In this document: positions 9,681-17,233 of the stretch, piece by piece | How positions within the stretch are numbered: position 1 is the stretch's first letter | How the letters are laid out: every line of letters begins with the position of its first letter | Source of the DNA: an uncultured virus (IMG/VR IMGVR_UViG_3300032093_000024) | Taxonomy: Duplodnaviria > Heunggongvirae > Uroviricota > Caudoviricetes | IMG/VR virus record: IMGVR_UViG_3300032093_000024 | Strand: one strand, 5' to 3' | Length of the DNA: 20,000 nt | Notes under the pieces: generated by a model | The model's database searches: none | What the model was told of the DNA's origin: nothing | Seen by the model: the letters and a program-made list of their open reading frames with translations, nothing else | Made by a program: the position numbers and the translations under genes

Positions 9681-10426
9681 TATTTAGATAGTTTTTGCAT
9701 CCCCCAAGATACTAAATTAGGTTCTTCATTTTTATAATTTTCTATAAATAATTCCACAGCTCTTCCTTCGGTAACTTTACCTTTAAATGTAAATGCTCCA
9801 ACTGGACCAACATATCTATCTCCTTCGTAAAGTCCTACATCAATTCGTTTTCCATCCCATTCATATTTGTAAGCCACTTTTCCTTTAGATTTTCCTGCTA
9901 TAGCTTCATCTATTACTTTCTTTTGATACGCAAGTAATTCTTCTTTAGTTGCACTTCGGCTTTCAGGTCCTTTAAATGAAACTTCTCCATCATTAAATCT
10001 TGATTCCATATAAAAGTTTGGTAGATTAGCTCTCAAATATATTTTATAACCTTTGTATTCTTCTACAAAATTAGCTCTAGGGTCTTCTGGTGGTTTAGGT
10101 GGTGGCACTGGTTTTTGAACTGCGGGAGCTGGTGCGTAATCAAACTTCTTTTCTTCCTTTTGATAAATTGGTGGTTTTGGAGGAGTTTTTGGTTTGAATT
10201 TTTTTAATTGTGGAAATGCTGGTTTTTTAGGAATTTTAGGTAAATCTGGTATTCCCAATGAATCTTTTAATCCATTCAACAACTGTTTAATAGCGGCCGC
10301 TCCCCCATTAAATGCGTTCTCTAAACCACCTTTTACCAAACCTTCTGCTTTTGCAGCATTTTCACCAACAGCGCCTTTTATAGCGCCCTGTCCTGCTTGT
10401 TTTGCTTTATCTAATTTTTCTGACAT
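9680..10426 (-). CDS. hypothetical protein (Ala/Gly-rich N-terminus, Pro/Lys-rich linker, globular C-terminus)
   Basis: 248-aa ORF coupled to both neighbours. Confidence 0.7.
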   Translation of the reverse strand: MSEKLDKAKQAGQGAIKGAVGENAAKAEGLVKGGLENAFNGGAAAIKQLLNGLKDSLGIPDLPKIPKKPAFPQLKKFKPKTPPKPPIYQKEEKKFDYAPAPAVQKPVPPPKPPEDPRANFVEEYKGYKIYLRANLPNFYMESRFNDGEVSFKGPESRSATKEELLAYQKKVIDEAIAGKSKGKVAYKYEWDGKRIDVGLYEGDRYVGPVGAFTFKGKVTEGRAVELFIENYKNEEPNLVSWGMQKLSK

Positions 10427-10427
10427 A

Positions 10428-11663
10428 TTACGCTGTTTGATTTATTTTACTTAAAATATCATTTAATTTTGATTTTATTTTTCCAAACTCCGGTCTATTT
10501 TTTGGTCCTTCCGCGGTTGGACCGGATGGAGTTAAAAATACCATAGTTCCTATTTGGTCAATTAGTTCCGATAATATTTCAACAAGCTTCTGTCCTTTAA
10601 CTAAAGGTTCTAAATCTTTACTTCCTAAAAATATTGAACCATTACCAGTAAAAAAGTTTATATTTCTATCATTTGTTACAACATGAATATCTTCACCTAC
10701 ATTAACATTTATGCCTCGCTTATTATCAATGGACATTCCACCATCTGAAATAAATCCATAATTGCCTTTTGAATAAAAAAGCATTTCAGCATTTCTTGCA
10801 GATAATATTATTCTACCAGAATTTATTAATACTTGGTCACCTTTGAGTTCTGATGGATATGGTTTGAATGATAATGGTTTTTGTGAAAAATCCGTAGAAC
10901 CTTTTTCATCAATTGTTCCAGGTATAAAAGGAACAACATACTGACCTGAACTCATTAATATTGTAGAACCATCTCTATTAATATCTTCGGTGATAGAACC
11001 AGATTTAGCCGAAAAAATTTGTGTTGATGATGCTTCTCTATTTCTTATTGTTACAGTTGGTGAAAATGTACTGCCAGGATTATTGTATGCCGATAATCTA
11101 ATACTTTGACCAAATCTTGATTCAATTAAAGTATCTCCTTCAAATAAAGATAATCTATGTATATTTGTGGGAGAAAATACTTTACCATAACCACTTTCAT
11201 CAGGCGCTAGACCATCTGCACTACTTCTTGGTGTTTGTGTACTTGCTACATTTTGATAATGTTCTGCTTTATTTGCACCACTTAAATCTTCTCTATCACT
11301 ATTAATATTTAAAAATCTTGCATTAATTGTATTTGCAGAACTACTTAAATTTTTATTTCCTGCTACATCTTTTGCGTATCTTCTATATGTGTATGTGGAT
11401 TCAATTTGGATTATTTCTACCATTTCATTTCTGATAGGTAAATCAATAAAATTTTTATTATGCGGATAGGCTAAAGGTAAACTTTCTTTACTGGTAAATG
11501 TATTTCCAAATTTTCTAAACACAACTGCTCCTACATCACCAGGTTCAGTATAACGCGGATGTGTATTATCTAAAATAACATCATAAACTACTGCATAATT
11601 TTGTGAAAGATTTAAATCATTATTTTGACTTAAATTACCTACACCATATCTATTAAAAGCCAT
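10428..11663 (-). CDS. putative baseplate central spike/hub protein (gp5/VgrG-like)
   Basis: N-terminal OB-fold-like part (AVVYDVIL...GAVVF...AYP...LPIRNEMVEII), FEGDTLIESRFGQSIRL, short repeating beta-strands near the C-terminus (GMSIDNKRGINVNVGEDIHV) and EPLVKG; upstream of gp25/gp6-like genes. Confidence 0.6.
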   Translation of the reverse strand: MAFNRYGVGNLSQNNDLNLSQNYAVVYDVILDNTHPRYTEPGDVGAVVFRKFGNTFTSKESLPLAYPHNKNFIDLPIRNEMVEIIQIESTYTYRRYAKDVAGNKNLSSSANTINARFLNINSDREDLSGANKAEHYQNVASTQTPRSSADGLAPDESGYGKVFSPTNIHRLSLFEGDTLIESRFGQSIRLSAYNNPGSTFSPTVTIRNREASSTQIFSAKSGSITEDINRDGSTILMSSGQYVVPFIPGTIDEKGSTDFSQKPLSFKPYPSELKGDQVLINSGRIILSARNAEMLFYSKGNYGFISDGGMSIDNKRGINVNVGEDIHVVTNDRNINFFTGNGSIFLGSKDLEPLVKGQKLVEILSELIDQIGTMVFLTPSGPTAEGPKNRPEFGKIKSKLNDILSKINQTA

Positions 11664-12055
11664 TACTTTACTGATTTTTTAAGTTCTTCTAATTCAAATT
11701 CCAAATCATCTACTCTTTCAACTTCTTGTTTAGTTTCTTCTAATTCTCTTAATAATTGATTCTTTTCAAATTCAGTAAGAAACCCATCTTGTCCTTCCGA
11801 TTTCTTTTCAGAAGCAACAATTTTTTGAACAATAGATGCCAACTTTACCAATTGGTCATCATTCTTTACTGAACTATCAATTAGACCATGCAATACAGGT
11901 CCTATGGTTGCAACATCACCCGAATGTTTAACCATTTTTTTAAGTTCTTCAATAAGTGAGCTTATTTTGTGTCTTTTAGATACCTGATTGTTATAGATAT
12001 CTTCAAATAGGGAGCTTAAGTTTTTTCCCTTAAATATTTCAAAATCCGTTGACAT
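11663..12055 (-). CDS. hypothetical helical protein
   Basis: 130-aa ORF, first gene after the motif at 12077-12085, TAATG overlap with the spike candidate. Confidence 0.75.
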   Translation of the reverse strand: MSTDFEIFKGKNLSSLFEDIYNNQVSKRHKISSLIEELKKMVKHSGDVATIGPVLHGLIDSSVKNDDQLVKLASIVQKIVASEKKSEGQDGFLTEFEKNQLLRELEETKQEVERVDDLEFELEELKKSVK

Positions 12056-12076
12056 ACTTTACTATTTTTGTATGTC

Positions 12077-12085
12077 TATAAATAT
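12077..12085 (-). promoter_or_regulatory. conserved intergenic motif ATATTTATA, putative late promoter
   Basis: + strand tataaatat, 21 nt upstream of ATG 12055. Confidence 0.55.
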
Positions 12086-12105
12086 GTATAATGAAAAAAG
12101 TGGGT

Positions 12106-12936
12106 TTATAATTCTATAACCTCAATCTTTATCTTTGGTTGGTAATCTTTTGGAAGTTGGTTATTGATACCTTTAAACTCTTTAACTTTATTTTTAAAAA
12201 TAGTGATTTCTAAAATACGGTCAGTAAGGTTCATTACAGTTTGTGAAGAAGTAGACATTTCAGATGTATCTCTTTTCATATTTAAAGCCGGCCTTTTTGG
12301 AAAGAATTCTTTTCTCATTGCCTGAGCTATCTCTTTCCAATCCTCAACTTTATCAACTGATTTCTCTGCTGATATTTTTCTCATTTTAGAACTCAAATAT
12401 TTTTCACCATGCGTATATCCTGCATCAGTAAAAAGATGTCCATGATTAGTACGAACAACAGGTGATTCGGAGTTTTGTATTTTTATATCTGGCTTATGTT
12501 TTGATGTAGTTTCAATACTAACCATATGTTTTGGGGATGAAACAAATGTGTGCCCTTTAAGTGATAATCCACTCTTACCCTTATATGTTACAGCAGCTTT
12601 TAGTGCTTCTTTAATTGATGGTTGTTTTATAATGTTTCTCATCTTATCACCATCAGGACCCGGCTTACCGCCTTTCTTTACTATCTTTGCTTCTGCTTCG
12701 TCATGTCCCACTAATAGTGCAGAGTTTACTACACCAATACCATGCTCATTTAATCCTTCACTCCAATCAGTAATTAAATCATGTAGGTATGCAACTTCAA
12801 CACCATCTATTATAGTGTGAACAATTTCAAGTTCAGGATTATAAGTTCTATCCCTATTTTTAGCAAGGATAAACTTATCTCCAACTTCTTTAGATACAAT
12901 AATACATTCGTTTATCATCTTGCTAAGCTTTTGCAC
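12106..12936 (-). CDS. cysteine N-terminal-nucleophile (Ntn) hydrolase, peptidase C45/NRDE-like, with a short leader
   Basis: CIIVSKEVGDKFILAKNRD, EGLNEHGIGVVNSAL and VVRTNH are Cys-Ntn motifs. Start uncertain: TTG 12939, GTG 12936 (gives MQKLSKMINE-C) or ATG 12918 (MINE-C). Confidence 0.75.
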   Translation of the reverse strand: MQKLSKMINECIIVSKEVGDKFILAKNRDRTYNPELEIVHTIIDGVEVAYLHDLITDWSEGLNEHGIGVVNSALLVGHDEAEAKIVKKGGKPGPDGDKMRNIIKQPSIKEALKAAVTYKGKSGLSLKGHTFVSSPKHMVSIETTSKHKPDIKIQNSESPVVRTNHGHLFTDAGYTHGEKYLSSKMRKISAEKSVDKVEDWKEIAQAMRKEFFPKRPALNMKRDTSEMSTSSQTVMNLTDRILEITIFKNKVKEFKGINNQLPKDYQPKIKIEVIEL

Positions 12937-14020
12937 CAACTACTGTAATAACTTTTTGATAAAAAGATTCTATATCCTGCATTTCATCAATCTTCACTTT
13001 AAGTTTATCTAAATTCTTTTTAATTGCGTTATCAAATGTCACATCGTAATTTGCACCTTGCTTTTTCTTAATCATTGCTACCCAAATTACTGCTTGCATT
13101 TCCAATGGTTTCATTCCAAATTTACTTGCCAATTCTTGCGTTAATTTTGCAATATAAACATAATTTGCAGTCTTACCTAAAAACTTTGATTTTTCTTTTT
13201 TATCCATATGTGGGTAAAAAAATGATGCCATCCAAGTATCCATTGTAACCGGCAACCAACCACCTTCAAATTCGTAGTTTGGGTCTAATAGATTCAGAGT
13301 AAAAGAAAATACTTTTTCTGCTGATATTACAGTTTCAGTTCCTAATGCTCCAGAAGGTGTAAAGTGTCTTGCTATCTCATTTACTACATCTGATTTAGAA
13401 AAGTTAAATCCTTTTGATGAATATAGTCTTAATGCTCTCACTAAATTAGAAAGATATGATGGTAAGTTTCTAACATTCTTAACCATTCTTTCAATTGTTT
13501 CCATATCTCTAAATTCACCAGCTTTGATTTTTTTGTATAAATCATTTGGTTGCATAGAAATCATTTCATTAAATCTTTCAATTCTTTTTGGGTCTTTAAT
13601 ATCAGCTTTTATACCTTCAAAACATCTTGCGGCTAATAAAAAGTTTTGTGCTAATTTATTTTGTGGTGAAAATATTGCCATTAAGATAAGAAATAAACAT
13701 CCATCAGATTCACCCAATGCACTTAACATCTTTTTATTCATATCTTCGTACCAACCCTTTGCTTCTAGTCCTGCTTCTAAAAATCCTTCTAAATTATCCA
13801 ATACTCCTTTATCAACTGCAATAACATATCCACCTTTCTCTAATTCATCAGGTGACATTTTTGTGAAATCGGGTTTAGGTGCTTCTGAAATGTTTTCAGT
13901 AATATCATCAATATCAGCACCAAATTTGGAAAATAAATTATCCAACGCACCATATTGAGATGCATTTAATTTGAATCTTTTACTATTAGTTTCTTTTATT
14001 AAGCTACCTAACTTTATCAT
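12923..14020 (-). CDS. putative HhH-GPD/DNA-glycosylase-fold protein (DUF7178-like) with 10-aa leader
   Basis: Start reassigned to ATG 14020 (TAATG overlap, MIKLGSLIKE), 365 aa. Motifs GWY, AIFSPQN, KVFSFTLNL, PVTMDTWM, EMQAVIW. Confidence 0.55.
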   Translation of the reverse strand: MIKLGSLIKETNSKRFKLNASQYGALDNLFSKFGADIDDITENISEAPKPDFTKMSPDELEKGGYVIAVDKGVLDNLEGFLEAGLEAKGWYEDMNKKMLSALGESDGCLFLILMAIFSPQNKLAQNFLLAARCFEGIKADIKDPKRIERFNEMISMQPNDLYKKIKAGEFRDMETIERMVKNVRNLPSYLSNLVRALRLYSSKGFNFSKSDVVNEIARHFTPSGALGTETVISAEKVFSFTLNLLDPNYEFEGGWLPVTMDTWMASFFYPHMDKKEKSKFLGKTANYVYIAKLTQELASKFGMKPLEMQAVIWVAMIKKKQGANYDVTFDNAIKKNLDKLKVKIDEMQDIESFYQKVITVVGAKA

Positions 14021-14502
14021 TACCCTTTGCAGGTTCTCCACCCACCACCTTTTGATTTGTAATTTTTTGCAGCCCATCCATTTGCATAAGCCGATGGATA
14101 TACATCAAACTTTCTTTTTGCTGCCGCTTTTGATGCTGCCCATTTACCAGGATCGGTTGGACAATTCTTTTCTAAAAATAGTTGCATTGCTTCTTCAATC
14201 ACTTCATGCTTCTTTCTACCTTGACAATGCGCTCTTTGTGAGAATCCTTTTGGGTTAGAACAATTGATTGATTTCTTATATTTTGCACTCCACTTCTCAT
14301 TCATTTCGCCAAGTCCGCATCTTTCCATAAACTCATCAGCATTTACTTCAATTCCTTCTTTTTTGAAATCTCTTAATCTATCCAATGCCATTTGTTTGCG
14401 GTTATCTATATCTTTAACCTGAACTAGCATTTCAACAATACCATCAATCATTTCTTTTTGATGTGGTTGTTCTTCTTTTAATAAATTACTTAACTTTATC
14501 AT
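14020..14502 (-). CDS. modular small protein with 10-aa leader; basic C-terminal modules (last one DUF5872-like)
   Basis: MIKLSNLLKE leader; KWSAKYKKSINCSNPKGFSQRAHCQGRKK module; KAAAKRKFDVYPSAYANGWAAKNYKSKGGGW module. Confidence 0.75.
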   Translation of the reverse strand: MIKLSNLLKEEQPHQKEMIDGIVEMLVQVKDIDNRKQMALDRLRDFKKEGIEVNADEFMERCGLGEMNEKWSAKYKKSINCSNPKGFSQRAHCQGRKKHEVIEEAMQLFLEKNCPTDPGKWAASKAAAKRKFDVYPSAYANGWAAKNYKSKGGGWRTCKG

Positions 14503-14813
14503 GCTCCAGTTTTTACAAATGTTGGTTTTTGACCTTTTGATTTTTCACCACCTTTCTTAGCATCTCCTGCTTTAGACTGTGCTGCTCTTTTTCTTTTTAC
14601 AAATGCTGCTCTACCATCAGGCCCTAACTTAGCTGCTTTTTCTTTTGATAAACAAGCTGCGTATGCATCGCCCGATTTACTATCACCACATTTACCTACC
14701 TTCTCACCTTTAGAGTTATATCTATCCCAACCACCACCGGTAGTAGAACCAGTCTTACCTTTACCAAACCACTTACGAAGGTCTTCCGCCATTATATCTC
14801 TTAATAGTATCAT
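14499..14813 (-). CDS. small basic protein with 10-aa leader
   Basis: MILLRDIMAE then DLRKWF...KCG...YAACL...KRKR; strongly K/G/A-rich; ATGA and TAATG overlaps with neighbours. Confidence 0.75.
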   Translation of the reverse strand: MILLRDIMAEDLRKWFGKGKTGSTTGGGWDRYNSKGEKVGKCGDSKSGDAYAACLSKEKAAKLGPDGRAAFVKRKRAAQSKAGDAKKGGEKSKGQKPTFVKTGA

Positions 14814-15070
14814 TATATCTTTTCGTAATAAACTGTCATACCTTCTTTATCTTCAATAGCGTATATATCACCTTTAAGTGAAGAAGTGTTTTTTATATCT
14901 TCAAAGTTTGCGGGAATTGCATCTTTTACTTTTACTTGTCTTTGGTAAACCACTTTTTTATTACGTGATACAACGATTGTCCAAGGACCGGATTGCGCAC
15001 CTTTTCTTACACCGGCCATCATTTTAGACCAGTTTTTTCCTTCCATTAATAAAGATTGTAAACTTATCAT
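14813..15070 (-). CDS. small protein with 10-aa leader
   Basis: 85 aa, MISLQSLLME leader, TAATG overlaps at both ends. Confidence 0.75.
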   Translation of the reverse strand: MISLQSLLMEGKNWSKMMAGVRKGAQSGPWTIVVSRNKKVVYQRQVKVKDAIPANFEDIKNTSSLKGDIYAIEDKEGMTVYYEKI

Positions 15071-15726
15071 TATTTTTTAACTTTGATTTTCCAATAAGTA
15101 CCAAACCCAACATAAGGTGAAAATGCTCCATTAGTTCCATCGGTTGTTCTATTATTCACACCAATACCTAATTGATATAATTTATCTTTTTTAGTTTTAA
15201 GAATTACACCTGCTCCAACTGCTGATACATAATCTGCTTTGTTAAATCCAGCATTTATACCATAATATAATTGTGCTTTTGCAGGTTCTTTAACAATAAG
15301 TTCTTCTTTGATAATTCTTTCTTTAACTTTAGCATCCCAAGTTCTACCTAAAATTCTATTCTTTGTAATAGTATCGGTTAATGCAATAGTTCCCAAATCT
15401 CCATCTAATTTAAGAGTGTCTTTGTAAACTACCTTTGCTAAATAATCTTTTAATAATGCTGCAGTATCTACATTTACTAATTCTTTAAGAACTAAAGTAT
15501 CTACATCAATTACTTCATGTACAATATCTTTACCCTTTTTAGTTACCGTTTTAATTTTTTCAACTTCTACAGTATCAATTGTGTGCTTTATAACTTCATA
15601 TTTTTTACCATCAATTCTGATAGTTCTTCCACCTGGCATAACTCCACCTGGGTTAAACCACTGTAATAAAATCCATATTACTAACGCTACGATAGCAATA
15701 TTCTTAAAATTCAAGTATTTTTTCAT
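15070..15726 (-). CDS. N-terminally membrane-anchored beta-rich protein with C-terminal amphipathic beta-strands
   Basis: Hydrophobic IAIVALVIWILLQWF; several DT-containing extended segments; C-terminal strands LYYGINAGF, VGAGVILK, LYQLGIGV, YVGFGTYWKI. Confidence 0.7.
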   Translation of the reverse strand: MKKYLNFKNIAIVALVIWILLQWFNPGGVMPGGRTIRIDGKKYEVIKHTIDTVEVEKIKTVTKKGKDIVHEVIDVDTLVLKELVNVDTAALLKDYLAKVVYKDTLKLDGDLGTIALTDTITKNRILGRTWDAKVKERIIKEELIVKEPAKAQLYYGINAGFNKADYVSAVGAGVILKTKKDKLYQLGIGVNNRTTDGTNGAFSPYVGFGTYWKIKVKK

Positions 15727-15744
15727 AAGACGTATTTTTATAGG

Positions 15745-15753
15745 TATAAATAT
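15745..15753 (-). promoter_or_regulatory. conserved intergenic motif ATATTTATA, putative late promoter
   Basis: + strand tataaatat, 18 nt upstream of ATG 15726, overlapping the upstream stop codon by one base. Confidence 0.55.
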
Positions 15754-17219
15754 TAGAATGCCAGTTTTGAACCAATCTGAATATTATGCATCAAATTGAA
15801 GTTTGGTGTTAATCCAATTACCGCTTTATAGGATGCTCCGAAAGCAAACCTTCTACTCAATTTATATGCATAATCAGTTCCCACAATAAAGCCAGGTGAA
15901 CGATTAACCATAGTTGCTAAAGTGTTTGTATTATAACTAATTGGCTGGTTCATTACGAATACTGATGGAGATAATGTGGTTTTTTTATTGACTTGATAAG
16001 GTTTAGTCCAAAATCCTACAAACGAAGTCATAAGAGAATAGTTGTAGCCGGTGTTTTCAGAATTTCTCATAACCAAATGAATAAGACCAGCGTTCATACC
16101 ATATGTGCCATATTTAGGATGTGGTTTAATATATGTGTATCCCTGCATTGCCATCCACGTTCCTTTTAGATATGCGAATGTTGCTGAATAAGAGTGGATA
16201 CCATTTAGTTTACCTTCTTCAAAGTCCATCTTAGTCATACCACCACTCACCGCATATTGGTCTAAAGTACTCCATATAAGTGCGGTAGCAGAATATGATT
16301 TATCACCCATTAGAGATGATTTAGAGATACCAACACTCATCATCATAGATACCCTTTGGTCAGGTCCTTGCATACCTGCCAAATCGGATGAAAGTATCAT
16401 TGGGTTTAGAGCTTGAACTCTACCTTTTTTCTTTTCTTCTTTTTTCTCCTCTTTCTTTTCTTCCTTTTTTTCTTCTTTAGACTCTTCCTTCTTCTCCTCT
16501 TTCTTTTCTTCCGATTTAGTTTCCTCTTTTTTCTCTTCCTGTTTTTGCTCTTGCTTTTGTTCTTCTTGCTTCTGCTCTTGCTTTTGTTCACTCTTTGTTT
16601 CTGTCTTTGTTTCAGATTTTTGTTCCGAAGAACCACCACCAGATGAACCACCAGAAGATGATGAACTACTGGATGATGAAGATGAACTACTACTGCTTGA
16701 AGATGAACTTGCAGGCGGTGTAGATGATGTTGATGCAGATGCTCCACTACTTGCAGCTCCCGCGCTTGCTGATGAAGATGCTGCGGATGAAGCTGAACTA
16801 CTTGCTGCAGAACTTGCCGATGATGAAGCCGCTGAACTTGCGGCTGATGATGCTGCTGAACTAGCTGCAGAACTTGCTGCTGCCGCTGCTGTGTTTGCCG
16901 CCTGTGCGGTTGCTTGTGATACAGCTTGTGTTACTGTCTGCTGAACAACCTGATTAGTTGGGCAGGCCATAGTTGAATAAGCTGCATAAGTTGCATTAAC
17001 CCAAACCTGAACTGCTCCACTTTGAACTTCCGCAGGAGTAAATGTTTTTACCTGATTGTAGAAAGATACCGTTGCAAAACCATTAGACATAGTTGTAGTG
17101 GCGATTTTTACTTCACCACTACACTTGTCCACATAGGTTTGTGTGTATATTTGTCCACTAGCTTTCCAGCTGAGACATATAATAAATAAAATACTTAATA
17201 GACCTTTTAATGCTTTCAA
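15753..17219 (-). CDS. secreted protein with low-complexity stalk and probable C-terminal outer-membrane beta-barrel
   Basis: TTG start; signal peptide MKALKGLLSILFIICLSWKASG-Q; two-Cys N-domain; SSAA, poly-Ser and EEKK tracts; about 220 aa of amphipathic strands ending IQIGSKLAF. Confidence 0.7.
   Translation of the reverse strand: MKALKGLLSILFIICLSWKASGQIYTQTYVDKCSGEVKIATTTMSNGFATVSFYNQVKTFTPAEVQSGAVQVWVNATYAAYSTMACPTNQVVQQTVTQAVSQATAQAANTAAAAASSAASSAASSAASSAASSSASSAASSSASSAASSSASAGAASSGASASTSSTPPASSSSSSSSSSSSSSSSSSSGGSSGGGSSEQKSETKTETKSEQKQEQKQEEQKQEQKQEEKKEETKSEEKKEEKKEESKEEKKEEKKEEKKEEKKKGRVQALNPMILSSDLAGMQGPDQRVSMMMSVGISKSSLMGDKSYSATALIWSTLDQYAVSGGMTKMDFEEGKLNGIHSYSATFAYLKGTWMAMQGYTYIKPHPKYGTYGMNAGLIHLVMRNSENTGYNYSLMTSFVGFWTKPYQVNKKTTLSPSVFVMNQPISYNTNTLATMVNRSPGFIVGTDYAYKLSRRFAFGASYKAVIGLTPNFNLMHNIQIGSKLAF
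16425..16890 (-). repeat. low-complexity coding tracts (SSAA repeats, poly-Ser/Gly, EQKQ/EEKK repeats)
   Basis: Visible in the protein and as ttc/ttt-rich and gct/gaa/gat-rich DNA; codons vary, so not a perfect DNA tandem repeat. Confidence 0.85.
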
Positions 17220-17233
17220 AAACTAACAATTTA

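Noticed and set aside
9492..9750. Intragenic TATAAATA at 9492-9499 and 9743-9750
   Set aside because: Inside coding sequence, lacking the ninth base, and plausible by chance in AT-rich DNA; the second could be an internal promoter but is unsupported.
4315..11663. Bacterial T6SS, eCIS or tailocin locus instead of a phage
   Set aside because: The long T4 gp6-type wedge, phage-type hypothetical genes, tagged small proteins and lack of T6SS/eCIS core genes favour a large phage, although no capsid or terminase is in the window.
7303..12108. TAAACCCA 15-16 nt upstream of the motif at two sites (7303-7310, 12101-12108) as a second promoter element
   Set aside because: Present in only two of five sites and includes the stop codon; not enough evidence.
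14021..14077. Upstream start of the 384-aa ORF in the track
   Set aside because: It overlaps the previous gene by about 57 nt; ATG 14020 gives a TAATG coupling and the shared leader.
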